Both the position numbers and the translations under genes were made by a program. A DNA stretch of 63,784 nt, filler included, from Reticulomyxa filosa (Eukaryota; Protista; Foraminifera): NCBI GenBank assembly GCA_000512085.1. It is 17 parts of 17 records of this genome, joined end to end, with 100 filler letters (N's around TTAATTAATTAA, not from the genome) between each part and the next. Parts side by side here need not be neighbours in the genome. Positions count along the whole stretch, not along the records: positions 4,290 to 17,076 come from ASPP01034728.1; positions 17,177 to 20,018 come from ASPP01025300.1; positions 20,119 to 22,458 come from ASPP01029638.1; positions 22,559 to 42,337 come from ASPP01020893.1; 13 more parts are not named here. One strand, written 5' to 3'. The notes under the pieces were generated by a model that did not search any database, was not told the origin of the DNA, and saw only the letters and a list, made by a program, of their open reading frames with translations. This document shows, piece by piece, positions 12,390 to 25,747 of this stretch. Positions within the stretch are counted from its first letter, which is position 1. Each line of letters begins with the position of its first letter.

Positions 12390-13690
12390 TGACTTCACTT
12401 CAGCTTGCTTGCACCGCAACAACTACTTTCCAATGTTCGATTGATAGTATTCGTTGAGACCTATGTTACATACGTGTGTATTCATCATAAATGTTTTAAG
12501 TATTTTTCCAATTACGTTATAAAAAAATATTATAACTTGGAATACAGGTTGCGCAGCTCACCACTTTCAATCAATCATGATCACATTACACTGCTTTGGA
12601 CCTTTCATTTTTTTTTCAAATTATATGCTATTCAAAGCATAATACCATGATCCATAATCGATGCAATTCTTTACTATTATTATTACCATTATTGCTGGGG
12701 ATTCACTTCAGCATCGATAGTAATATTAACAGCAACAACTTGCACACTTCCATTTTGCACACCTTTAAAGATCTATTTAAAAAGTTCAAGCAATACATAC
12801 AACAAATATACATAAATAATAAATATACGTTATAAAGATGTTATATATCAAATATGTACACATAACAAAAACTTTTTCAAGTAATGGACCCAATCACGAA
12901 GTATAGCATCAGGTAACAGGAAAGAGACAGGCGCACAAACTACCAACAAAATATATTGAAATCTTGTTCTGGAATGCGCGCATTGGTTTCAACGATAATA
13001 ATTCCATTAATTATTCCGTTATTTGGAGCAATTGAACTGTGACTTGAAGGAAGCTAGTATCATTGAAAGGCTCTTCCCCTAGAGCTACAACTTTTTTGGG
13101 TGGCAGTCTTGTCAACGGCAGACCATTCCACTTTTTGAATTCAAGTGATTCGGTTTTTGGTAACCGAAAAATTCATTCGTATCCACAGCGACCACTTCTT
13201 TGAGATGATAGTATAGATGAGAGAATAGAGGGGGGGGGCTCGATTGCTGATACAAAATATTGCCCGCGTATTCACTCAGCAAGGCTAACGCACTAACACA
13301 TTGACAATATCCAAGTTTTTTTTATTGATCAAATAATGGAGCGACTTTTGAATAGTCCATCCAATTATTGATTGACACAACCTTATTGTTTTTGTAATAA
13401 ATGGCGCAACGACATTAGCCTCTTCCGCGCACATCAACAGCAGCAACACTCAAATATCGGCGCACAAAACACCAGTCCAATATCTTAAAATAGTTGACAA
13501 ATGAATAGAGTAGAACATGGACTGCGTTTTGTTGTCGTTGTATCATTATCATCATTGTTGGCATTGCGCTTGATATTGTCATACCCATCCAATAGTTTCA
13601 ATTGAGGGGGCACACTATGTAAAATTATCTATGTTAAGGATGCACAAAATCGCCACTTGTGTGTGTATGAAGAGCAATAATCAAATAACA
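12390..13690 (-). repeat. Inverted copy of the 4290-5530 segment (decayed gene 3' end)
   Basis: See 4290-5530; homology is collinear in the reverse complement, with indels. Confidence 0.85.
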
Positions 13691-16620
13691 TCGGCAAATG
13701 ACCTTTTTTTTATCTTTTTAAAACAAATCCGACGTGGTATGGCATTTGAATAATCTTTTTCTTCTTTTTTATCATCATAATCATCCTCTTCTTGCCGCTG
13801 ATGACCTTTGACTGGAGTAACGCAAAACTCATCCGCCAAATTGGAGCCACAACAACATTGGGAGAATGGTTCCGTGTGAGAGTTGCTTGTTCGATCGCAA
13901 TATGTGATTGTTTTGCATTTTCTTTTTCTTTTTTTTCCATTTTTTCGATTAATCCAGTCGCTGCTGTGATGATACCGTTGTGTCGATATCGTTTTTTTTA
14001 TTTTGCGCGATATTTTCACATTTTTTCTTTCTGGATCTTGGTGCTGCTCAACTACGAACGAAAGCAAGCTTACCAAACAGAAAGATTGTCCACAATTGAA
14101 CTGGGACAATTCTTTTCAACGATTCCAATGCCATTTTATGATGGGTATTTTCAAAATACGAAAGTCATCCACTATTGTCGCCCTTATGATGGGGATACAC
14201 CTTGGCGCTGGATAATGGTCTTTCTTAGAAATTTCTGCATCCATCACCATGAGTCCATTTGATGATAATTGGATTGGGCGATTCAATGAGGGACGGTGCC
14301 ATTCGTATTTTCATTTTCATTATTGGACGTATTCGTTCTTGGCGTTATTAAGTGCAATAGTTCAACTATTTTTGATCACTGCGCGATTTACAATTTAAAA
14401 CCACGTCGACTCGAATCCAAATCAAAGCAATCCAAATTGGCGATCTGTACTTTATTGTTCTTTAAATGCTGGGATAATACAACCAATACAAAGTATTGTA
14501 TCTCATTCAACACGCCGTTCGTAGTTCATAGTCGATCCGGAGACAATCACTGCAAGAGTCAAGTGCGTTGCGTCTTCGAATAAACGCCTGTAACCTTTGC
14601 CGAACTGAGACAGAAACTGCTACCATTTTTCTATATCTTCTCACCGATCATTAATGCATATGTCACTCACAAGTTCATCATTCATATCAGCAGACACGCA
14701 AGATTAAAAGTTCAAAGTTGCGAATGTGCGTACGCACACAACCAGTTTCAGTAAGCACTATTTTTATAATAAACGCGTTTCACTTGTTCGTTGGAGTTTG
14801 TAAATCGCACTTCGACGCCCTCTTTGCGAATAATTGTTGGAATGGCACAGCACCAGAGACTTGACCTATGATGGCTAAGTTATTTTCAATTGTTCATATT
14901 ACCACTGCTAGACATTTCCACAACTTATTCATTATCTTTTTGGAGCGTTCTATGTGAAAGTGGTGTATTTCTGGAAACACGAAGGCTCCACTTGCATGCA
15001 TGAAGAGCTAGTACATAACTACACTTAGCAAATCTGTCGACTAATTTTTTTTTACAGATCCAACGCGAGATTATCTTTCTTCCTCTTTCTCATCCTCCTA
15101 TTCATATTCTTGCTTACCAATGTCTTTACTTAGTTTCGCACACATCCACCAAGTTGAACCACTATCACATGAAATGCCCTCACAATGTAGTGTTTTCTCG
15201 ATTGCCGTTAGTAAGTATTTCATAGCAACCTACACGTCCTTTTCTTAATCGCCTTCAATTTCTTCTTTGCCACCGTTGCGGCACGCACACGACCAGTTTA
15301 TATGGTTTTTTTAGGTTAACAAAATTAGCGCAATTTCCATAACAACTAAGTTTCCCTGGTTTGTTGGCGCCGGTAGATTGCAGTTCGACATTGTCTTTGG
15401 TGCTGTGCCACGCCGACAATTATTTGCATAGACTCGTGCCGACGTTGATGGCGAACAAGTTTTTCAAATGTTTCTGGTTGCCACACTCATTCTGTATCTC
15501 CCATTGGAGCGCTATGTTAAATTAGTCCGCGCCCGCGAGTGGCGACTTTGCGCGTTTCCAGAAATAAAGAGCAATTCCATAACTACTCAGAAAGCTAGTC
15601 GACGAGTTTTTTCTTAAAAACAAATCAAACACGATGGCTTCTGGACTCTTTCTCATCATATTCATATTCTTGATTGTTGATGTCTTAATGGAGTTTCGCG
15701 CAACTCCTCCACAAATTAAGCAAATCTCAGATTGAACGATTATCCCTATGTGTGATTTACTCGTATCGCATAAGTATTTTCTAACAACCTACGCGCTCTT
15801 TTCTTCATTGCCTTCCACTTCTTCGCTTCCGCCGTTGCAACACTACAATGCCGATATCATCGCGATATCACTACATCTTTTTTTTTTCTTCTTGGAGAGC
15901 TTGCTTTCTTATTCTGGCGACACCAAGACCAAGTTATCCGGGTTGAACTGTGAGAACCTTATCCAACTATTCCACAATGTTTTTAAACTACGAAATCCGT
16001 CCGCTTCGTCGCTCTTGTAATGAGTGACACACTTTGCCTTGCCGAATAGACGCTAGCGTTTCCAATACATCCACGTTTGAATTGGCGGTCTAGTGATAGA
16101 TATAGAAAATTTTATTTTCTTTTTTATTCTCGTACTGTTGCTGCGATTCTTTTTTTTTCCTGCATTGGCCTCTTCTTTCTTAGAACCATTGTCCAACGTG
16201 ATTTTGTAGTGCATCCAAGATTCCTACGCGACTCACGATCAAAAACTCATGTTGACTCGAAACCATTCAGACGAATACAAAGCAACGATCCGATTTTCTT
16301 CAAGTACTTGGACAAGGTAACAAATACAAAGTATTGCCCCAAATCTCCTGTCGATCACATAGTCGATCCTGGAAGCAATCCAACAAAGATAATTGGCGCT
16401 TGCTAGACAAATCCAAGCCACACGATCATCACCACACGCAACTAAAAATCCAAAGTTGCGTATACGCGCACGTACACTGTATGAGCGATCAGTCTCCTCT
16501 AATTGCTTATTGTTTTTGCGTCCATAAAGTTGACACCAATTCCACAGCGAGCGAGTTTCACTTGTTCGATATCTTTGCCACAAATCACACGATCGTTTCG
16601 ATAGAGCAACATGTTTTGCG
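13690..16620 (-). pseudogene. Decayed, internally duplicated coding-like region (modules ~14400-14800 vs ~16240-16580 and ~15010-15290 vs ~15580-15845)
   Basis: Shared blocks such as aatacaaagtattg, catagtcgatcc, caaagttgcg and gtttcacttgttcg in the first pair, and attcatattcttg, taagtatttc/t, caacctac and ccgttgc in the second. GC is higher than the flanks and there are many in-frame stops. Strand is inferred. Confidence 0.55.
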
Positions 16621-17177
16621 CTTAAATTGTTGTTGTTGTGCTGTTGTTTCTTCTTTTTTTTTTCTTTTTTTTTATTCTTCTTATTATCTTTCTTATTTTA
16701 TTCTTCTTCATTCTTATTTTTTCTCTCTTTTTTTTTTCTCATTTTAATCTTTTATTTTTCCTTTTTTTACATTGTCATTTTTTTTACTTTTTTCATTTTA
16801 CAACTTTTTTTCATTTTTTGAAATCATTTCTTTTTTTTCATTTTTCTTTTTCTCAAATAAAAATTTTCTCTTTATTTTTCCCCAACCTTTTTTCACTTAT
16901 TTTTCTCCACTTTTTTCCCCCAACATTTTCCAACTCATTTTTTTCCTCTCAATTTACTCCCTTTTCTTCATCTCATTTTTTTTCCCTCCTTTTTCTTCTT
17001 CTAAATTTTTTTCCCTTCATCTTCTTCCTCCAAATTTTCTCAATCAATGTCATCTTAAATATAAAAAAAAAAAAAANNNNNNNNNNNNNNNNNNNNNNNN
17101 NNNNNNNNNNNNNNNNNNNNTTAATTAATTAANNNNNNNNNNNNNNNNNNNNNNNNNNNNNNNNNNNNNNNNNNNNT

Positions 17178-17345
17178 TGGGACATTCGATCAAATAAGAA
17201 TGAATTGTATATGATCAAAGATGATAATGGAATATCATGTATTAAATTCATTACATTGAAAAAGAAAAAGGATATAAAGAATGTCACATATGATTGGAAT
17301 TTGTGTTATGGTTCATCTGACGGTAGCATTAGTATTTGGGGATAA
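17178..17345 (+). CDS. 3' end of a lineage-expanded WD40 protein (contig-start partial)
   Basis: WDIRSNKNELYMIKDDNGISCIKFITLKKKKDIKNVTYDWNLCYGSSDGSISIWG* matches the C-termini of the paralogues ending at 48462 and 50795. Confidence 0.85.
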   Translation, partial: WDIRSNKNELYMIKDDNGISCIKFITLKKKKDIKNVTYDWNLCYGSSDGSISIWG

Positions 17346-19450
17346 TTGATTTTTTTGTTAAAAAATAAATGATAGTGTTTTTGTTTGAAAAGTTTTATTA
17401 AAAAAAACAAATTTTAATGTTTTTTTTACACTACAATTGCAAACTTTTTGTTCTTAAAAATATTTTATGTTCACAATAACATAAACACTTTCACCATAAT
17501 CTGCCCGAGTTTATGTTCTGTTTCAGCGATTCTTAAACGGAATTAGTATATCTGATAAAAACAACAATATGGATAATACACAAAAAGAACTTCAACCACA
17601 AACGGATGACAATCTACAAACATTGATGTATGATTATTTCAATACTGTTGATAATTTTTGTGGTGGTTTTGCAGTTGATGCTGGAGTAATTGCCATGTTG
17701 GAATTTATTGCTTTTGCCAATTATTAATGTCTCATTAAAAGAAAGTGATATGAAAAGACATTACTAATTTCAAATAATACCCGATCTTACGACCGAAGAA
17801 GAAATGGAAACTGTCACCCATCAACGTGATTTAACTTCAAATTTTACAAAATGAACATATCTTTAAATTCATTTTGTTTATCCAAAGCAATCCTATTTTT
17901 TAAAGGTCTTTGATTTTTTAATTTTAGACCGAAAATTTGTAAATCAAATTATTGTTATGAATAAAATCCGGCTAAACTCAATTTTCGTACAAAAAAATTT
18001 TCAATGCAAACCAAAAAATAAATAATTGAAAATTTTTTAACAAAAAAACACAACATAATTTCATTTTGTGCTAAGCTAACATTCACTTTCAAAAAATGAA
18101 AAATTAGTGTCCCTAAAACGGAATCTGTTGAACACTGTCACATTTTTATATGACACAATTTCTTGTCATGGGTATTCTTTTTTCATTTCAAACACCTGAC
18201 AAGAAACAATCAACTTTTGATTTAAAAAACTCTCATTCATTGCACAACCCCAAAAACGTACAATTTCACCAAAAATTTATTAAATTTTTGGAATCAAGAA
18301 ACCCATTTTAAAATCAGGCATCTCTATGATAATATCTAAAACATCTTTTAATCCAAAACACTGAAGTTTTTCTAAAACTCTTTCAAGATATTCATAAAAA
18401 ATCTGATAATTTGGTTGGTATATTCTTCGGAAATTCCTAAATTAATTTCACCCAAATATTTACAGAGCATATTCTTTTCGCGCTCCTTCAACAGTTGAGT
18501 AATTGTTCCGTATATGTCACATTTCGTCGGGATGTCCACAAAAATACTTGTGTAAAATGCTCTTCTTGTAAAAGAAACTTTGTAGTATTCCATGCTTGTT
18601 GACGAAATGAATAAACAAGAGCAGCACCATATCTTATAAATAGATTATGTTACCAATCCGTAGTCAGTACAAACTTGACAATATAATCATCGTCCCGAAT
18701 CAAAGCAATACCACTTGAAGGAGTGTAGGAAGATTTAAGTGTAATACGAAAGTAATTACTAAAAGAGTTTTCGAAAAGGAAAGCAAAAGTAGTTAAATAC
18801 TAAAAAGATAAACAACTCACTGACAAGAAATAAGAAAACAGAAAAGTAAAAGAAGAAGACAGTGAAGGTTGTTGAGGAAAAAAGGGTTCCCTCATTCATA
18901 TAGAACTTCTTTTGTAATTAGTAGGGTATTGCACTACAAGAGTGATGGAAAAAAAAAAAGAAGACAGAAATTAAATTTTTGTTGTTGGAAAAGTTTAAAT
19001 TGAAGTTAGCAGAAGATAACGAAGTGAAATGAAGTTTAATGTCATGATATCGTTCTGTAAGAGAATGAAAAGAAAAAGAACATGCGACCAAGAAATGCAA
19101 ATCTTTTGCAAAATTTATTTCTAAAAAAATAAAACATATTATTGCTTATCTTCTTTTTTTTTCATTTTTGTCAAGCCACTCTTGTATTTCAGTGGTCCGA
19201 GTGTTTTGGTAAGTATTACGCTAAAATATACTTTTTTATTCATTTTAGTTGATGGCTTTGTGTTGAATTAATTAGAAATCTGCAAAAAATAGATTGTTAT
19301 CTTTGTAAAAATTAAATATATTTTTCTACATTGTATGCCTGCTATGCACGACTGAAAGGGCAGGGGAAGAGAAGAAGCAAAGAAGTAAACTAACAAGAAT
19401 ATATATTATATATATTTCTGAGGTCGATTGAACCAAATCCATCCAATTCC

Positions 19451-19945
19451 ATGTCAGGAAGATATAACATCACGAATAAGCACAATCGATTACGGCCAAA
19501 TAATCCACTTTCAGTTAGTAAAAGTCCAGTACTTAAAAGCATTCCGCTACAGCAAAAGAATGTCCTAAACATGCAGCAAAAGTATATGAATTCGCGTGAA
19601 ATGTCAGACGAGAAACTTGAGATAGAAGAAGAAGAAGATATCCGACGAAATGCAATGATCCACCCACTTCGGCAACAAAAGAAGAATGTATATACTTTGT
19701 GATTAATAAGCAAAAAAACAATTTTTTATTTTTTATTTTAAAAAAAAACAGAATGAAATAAATGAAAGCGAAGACAAAAAAAGAGTGGAAGAGTATTTAA
19801 GTGATAAAACAAGTAGTTACAGATATGTTGAAAAGGAACGCGACAACGAAATATGTTTAGGCGACGCCGTTGTAATACCGGTGAGTGATGCCACCTATGT
19901 TTGCTACAGTGATAACATTCAACTGAGGCCGTCGAGATACATTGG
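19451..19945 (+). CDS. 5' exons of a hypothetical protein (3'-partial)
   Basis: ATG ORF 19451-19702, an intron ending aaaacag at ~19751, then a second exon ending …LRPSRYIG at a GT donor. Confidence 0.4.
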
Positions 19946-22558
19946 TAAATTATGTGTCTATATACAAATATAGAATACGTGTATTACCGTTTTTTTTTTT
20001 TTTTTTTGTAAGAACAAGNNNNNNNNNNNNNNNNNNNNNNNNNNNNNNNNNNNNNNNNNNNNTTAATTAATTAANNNNNNNNNNNNNNNNNNNNNNNNNN
20101 NNNNNNNNNNNNNNNNNNTTACTACAACGACAGGATGTGGTGTTGATAGTTGGGCATTGCGAAAGTAATGGCCTTTATTTTCTTGACTAGGATGTCGCAT
20201 TGGAGAATATCCATTAATTTATATTGATCGATTGTGGATCTTATTTCCGATATTGTAGACCAATCCAACATCTTTATGTGTCTTTCGCATTGACAATAGA
20301 GCCACTATATTATTACTTTCGGCATATCTCTTGCACGCCACATTTTTTTGGTAGTTTTTTGACGCCTCTGTTCTATCAAGACATCAGTGTTCGCTTCTGC
20401 ATTTCTTTGCATCCCTTCTCTTCTTCATTCGCCACTCCATCACCTATATCAGCAGTGGACTTAGTATTTTAGTTTTTGTAAAGACAAAAACAACAAATAA
20501 CAATCAATTCAAATCGTCTAGAAAAAAAGAAAAAGTCTCAATGTTTTTTCAACCCCCAATATCCTTTCAAAGATATTCAATCATACAATGAGATAATCCA
20601 TTCAACCATTTTCTTACAATCTTCCTTAATGATAGTAATCACTGTTCTTTGCAATCTACCATAACTTTATTGTCTTGCACACGAAGTTTACCAATCATAT
20701 CTTGGAAATGTCTCCAATGTGTCGACATTGATAGCCACATATAACATAATCACAAATATATGTGAGACACTTGATCGATATGTTGATGGCCTGAGTGAAA
20801 GTATTGTGTAATAAGCCAGATGTTGTTTGTGATTGTAACTATATAAGATTCATTGTCACTGTATTTCGTTTTAATTAATATCATCAATAATAATTCATAA
20901 TATTAGTGACAAATATCAACACCATTTAGTGGATTTCTTTATTTAGACTATACATATCGATAAGCTCATACCATGATTCATTACCACGTCTTATTTCTTG
21001 AATTAATCCATATGTTTAAATGTTATTGATTTGCATTTTTGATTGTTTCTTTTTCTTCCTTTCTTAATATACTCTTCTTCTTCTGCTTTTTCCTCTTCTC
21101 TTGTTTCACTCCACACCTAAGTAAATCACTGTACAATGAAAAAGTTCATGTTTACATTGTTTTGGTTAGGATATATTACAACAACTGAAGACATAATAAG
21201 AACAAAAATAAACCTGGAAATAGTACTATGGGCAGCAATATTATCAAGATGCTCAGATTGGTCATAGATATTCCAATTTCACCAACTTCAGACTGAGTAC
21301 AAACATGGCCAGCAATGGAATGCAGATTACGCATAAACTCTAATGCTTTTACTTGGATCGAGTTTTGCGTTTTAAGTCTATGTATGTATACACATATGTA
21401 TATGAATAACAAATTAAAGAAAGAAAAAGTTAACTACTTTTTTCAAATTAAATTCAACTATTTAATCTTTTTCTACTCTTTGATGGCCGCAGTTCGAGTT
21501 CTATAATGTGATACATATACTTTATTTTTTAAAAAAAGCACATAAAGAAAGAACAAAAGCTTAACTTTGTTATCATCCTCAGCAGGATAACAATTTTTTT
21601 TCAATATAAAAAAAATTAAATTAACATTATGTTATAATTTTTTCTTTCCATTCTTTTTTTTTTACTTTCATTTGTTATTTTTTTTTCTTATAAAATATTC
21701 ATACATTTCTTTTTTATTATATATCCTTTTTTTTTATTACTCAATCTTTTTTTTTATTACTACATTTTTTTATTTATTATTTCATTTTCTTGATAATTTT
21801 TTTTCTTTTTTATTATTACATCTTTCTTTTTTGTCATACATTTTTTTTATTTCCCCTTTTTTTCGTTTATTTTTTTATTTTGTTTTTATTTTATCTTTTT
21901 TTTCCCCTTATTACTTTATTTATCCCTTTTCCCCAAAAAAATTATACATACATAACATCTTTTTTTGCTGCACTTGATACCTATTTGCAGGCACAAACAG
22001 ACTTATATTTATAGTTTTTTAAAAGACAAGCAAAAAAATATATTCATAACATTATGATTTAGACGATCCAAAGTCAAATTTCTTTTTTCCTATTTTAAAT
22101 CACTTCACATACATTTGTTTTTTTTTAAGGGATGGGGGCAAATAAATAAATACACATATACAAATATAGATATCTCATTTGAGGGGGAATTCCTATTTCA
22201 TCACAAGACAAACAGTTCATAATAAAGGTGTACATATCATAAATAAATAAAAAACATATACAAACCTTTTTTTATTTTTTCTCCAACGGGGTAGACTTCA
22301 ACCCCATGATTATCATTATTTTTTTTTGTGTGTGTGCGTGTGGAAAGGGTACATAAAAATTAAATCTTTGCGAAACGGAGGAACCTGTATCATAAACATA
22401 CAACGTTTGAATATATTTAAAAAAAAGCAAAATAGAACAAACCATTTTTTCTCCTTGCNNNNNNNNNNNNNNNNNNNNNNNNNNNNNNNNNNNNNNNNNN
22501 NNTTAATTAATTAANNNNNNNNNNNNNNNNNNNNNNNNNNNNNNNNNNNNNNNNNNNN

Positions 22559-22593
<35 letters not shown>

Positions 22594-22642
22594 GTTGCTA
22601 TTATAAGTCTTTTGACTTGTTTCCAAAAAAAAATGAAAAAGT

Positions 22643-23513
22643 TTAAAAGTAGATATGGATAACACAGTGACGAAGACAGACAAAAATGCAAAACTCTACA
22701 ATGTGTACCCAATATTGTTTGTACGTATCGCCCACGATATGGACAAACAATTCCACAGCAAATTGCTTATCGACATTGCATGGGTTGGTCAAACATTGAT
22801 GTGCTTTGTTCTCTTTGGTCCATTTTTGTTCAAAATGCTTCACGTCACATACTCTTTTGTAAAATTCCACTGGCTTAATTTTTCGATGTTCATCGATGGA
22901 CACTAGTTACTTTTTTGTATGGAATGGTTGCGTTTCAATTCGTCCACCACTTTTTGATCTTTTGCTATTTGTGAATACGCAGTTGTTATTCGCTGCAAGG
23001 TTTGCATTTTTGTTTCCTCTTGCACATTTGCATCCTCCATTTCTCCCTCCCCATCGCCTGCCAGTAACTCATTGTCTTCGTCCTCATTTTCGTTACAAAA
23101 TTTTGGTGTCACTTTGGCCATTATTTCCGCGCCGTCAAAGAATTTATTCATATATTTTTCATTTGCATCTTTCTTGTTCCAGACAACAACATACACACAC
23201 ATACACACACACACGCTCAATATTGCTGTATGACAATATTAATGGTTACTGTGCGAATACGCATGCTCTTAGTTACCATTTTTAATCTACACTTGCTGTG
23301 GTAATGATCCACGCTTATCAACTTATCTCCACAGTGCATTTTTACTTTCCAATGATTCCGTTCTTTGTTAAAGGTCAGCCAACAAGCCAGGATCGTTTGA
23401 CTTTCCTCATCAATCATCAAGTGTTCATTAGAACTTGTTTCATCCTTGTAATTCGATAACACTGTAGTATCTGATATCGTGGCAAATCTTTCTACACTTT
23501 TTGAAATACCCAT
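22643..23513 (-). CDS. Hypothetical protein, spliced, 3'-partial, with a one-base frameshift near 22906
   Basis: Three co-oriented ORFs (23217-23513, 22903-23220, 22643-22903) are linked by a (GT)n-containing intron and a -1 shift. No family recognised. Confidence 0.45.
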
Positions 23514-23948
23514 TTGATTCCAGGAGAAAGATTCAATATGCTGTTGAACTTCAGATTTTTTTCGGCACTTTAACCGCAGATTTTAACTGGCCACCAGAAA
23601 CATATTTTTGCTTAGGTAATATTTTCCAAATTTACAAACAAGTGATATGTAAACATTGATTTCAAGAAAAATTAATTTATTTTTTTTGTGATATCTAATT
23701 TGTTTTGGATTGAAGGGATTGAGATACAAATGATAAAAGAAGAAGTAATATAAAAGCTTAAAAAATGTTAAATCATAAATAAAAGCATAATAAATTAATA
23801 AGTGCCAATTCCAATTGACAGTGGCTTACAGATAATCCAAGATATAAAGATTTGAAAGAGATCATAATAAGATGATATGGAAGAGATATTTCAAAATATA
23901 GATTGCTTGAGTAAGCTCGAAAGAAAAAAAGAGTGAAGGTGTTTGTAA

Positions 23949-24820
23949 TCAAGCAAAAGAGACAGGTTGGTTGAAATCCAATCCAAAGGTAGGAATACGA
24001 GAAGTATTGAGAAAATTTTTAGGCAAAGCAGAGGCTGTTTTCTCTTTATTACGTGAGCGTTTTTTTGTTTTTCGATTGAGTTTTGATTTTGATTTTGAAT
24101 TTAAGTTTGGATTCGAATGAGGAAGTAGATATGAGTGTGAGTGTGAGTGTGATGACTCGGAAGAGGAGACTGGAGCTCGATGTGTATTAGAAGTTGAAGA
24201 TTTGTTATTGGATTTTTGCTCTCGTTGTTCTTTCTGAAAAATATATCAAATATATATATATATGTATATGTATATATAATGTATATTAGATATACATATA
24301 TAAACTCTTAAAAGTTGAATCCATTGACGTATTTCAGGTGAGAGAGCTTTATAAATAGCCATGGCACTCAGAGCATCTTGAACACTATCGTGAAAATCGT
24401 CTTGAATGAAAATGCCTAAAAAAAGACTGGTTAAGAATTTTAACCCCCAAGGCTTTTTTGGATCTTGATGCAAAAATCGACATTTGGCACTGTCAAATTG
24501 CCAACTCCAATCGTCAATGTTGCGAAGATAGGCATTGATACTACGAATTTGTTTGTTTTTATTTGCGTCTTTGAGAAGTTGATGATGTTGATAATACATT
24601 AATTTCAATGTCTGTTTGCAATGCAAAGCATTCCAATCATTGTCTAATCCATGGCCAATTATTTTCCGATTTTTTAAAATGTGTATCACTTCTGTTTGGC
24701 ATTGCTCAAAAGGGATACTCCAATGATCCATATCATGTTGTGTAACACCAGAGACATAAGTGCGAAAATCCTATTTATTAATTTTTTTAAAAAAAAAAAA
24801 GTAATGAATAAAATAAAATA

Positions 24821-24851
<31 letters not shown>

Positions 24852-25556
24852 GTAATAACTGTAATAGGTTGAACAGGTTTAACAAATTTATCATAAACTA
24901 CATGTCCATCAAAATTAACAATAGATATTCGAGCTAATGCAGATTTCTTAGTCTTTCCAACTCCAACCATCTCACAATCAATAGCCATAATATCAGTAGG
25001 CTCTCCTGTCACTGCGTGCAATCGACTTCCATCTGGCACTTGTGTCAATATTCTCAATAAAAATTCTTCCGGTAAACGTGCTCTCAATCTCACTCTCATT
25101 TCATTCCAATATCTTCTTCTTTCTTTTTCTGTATAATTTTTTGGTGGAAATATCTCTTTTATTAATTCAATTCCTGCTTTTTTATTCTCTTTCATTTGCT
25201 TTCTATATGCTTCTTCTTTTTCTTTCCATTCTTCTTTTTCCATTTCTTTTTCATTTACTGCTATTCTTTGTAAATATTTTGATATTGATAACTCTGGATT
25301 TGCCACTGTTCTTAATAATGGATTATCACTTGTTATTTCACTCAATGTTATCACTTTTTTCTCTTTTTCTTTTTCTTTTTCCTTTTCTTTCTCTTTTTTT
25401 ACTTTTCGCACTTCTTCTTCCTTTCTCATCTTTCTCTTCTTTCTGCTTTTCTGGAAAAGATCTCAGATCAAAACGACGTCGCTTTCGACGAGTCTCCAAG
25501 GACTCTTCGTGCTGTATGTCTAACTTTCTCTTCAATGAACGCCAATTACTTTGCAT
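23949..25556 (-). CDS. REXO4: RNA exonuclease 4 (DEDDh 3'-5' exonuclease)
   Basis: N-terminal SNWRSL motif, AIDCEMVGVG (ExoI), ARISIVNFDG..VYDKFVKP, PITDFRTYVSGV (restored by splicing), IIGHGLDNDW (ExoII) and HDSVQDALSAMAIY (ExoIII). Two introns; frameshift near 25420. Confidence 0.88.
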
Positions 25557-25747
25557 TTTTTTTTAAATATAGAAATCGGGCCTGGTTGAACCCCTTTTAT
25601 ATGCCTTCAGGTATTCGTAGATAAATGTTTGTTCATTCAAAAATTTATTTGCTGTTTGAAAAATGCATAATAGATCACGACATTTCTACAAATATAACAG
25701 TATAAACAAAAACAAAAGGTCTTGTAGCCCCCGTGTACCGTCGTGAG
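25557..25747. promoter_or_regulatory. Putative bidirectional promoter between REX4 and the sirtuin
   Basis: Divergent ATGs at 25556(-) and 25748(+) lie only ~190 bp apart. Confidence 0.45.

Noticed and set aside
16627-17076. Long Phe/Leu/Ser-rich ORFs resembling membrane proteins
   Set aside because: Scrambled T-rich low-complexity sequence at a contig end, typical of a poor-quality read tail.
19785-19973. Possible CAP-Gly domain start (ICLGDAVV…RYIG)
   Set aside because: The spacing is atypical and the diagnostic GKNDG motif is not in the contig.
21590-22014. T-rich Phe/Tyr-rich ORFs
   Set aside because: Low-complexity sequence with no protein signature; probably low-quality or intronic.
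22559-22595. (TAT)n and (TA)n tracts at contig ends (also near 56710-56768, 59904-59945, 62600-62644) as telomeres
   Set aside because: Intronic microsatellites that caused assembly breaks; not telomere-type repeats.
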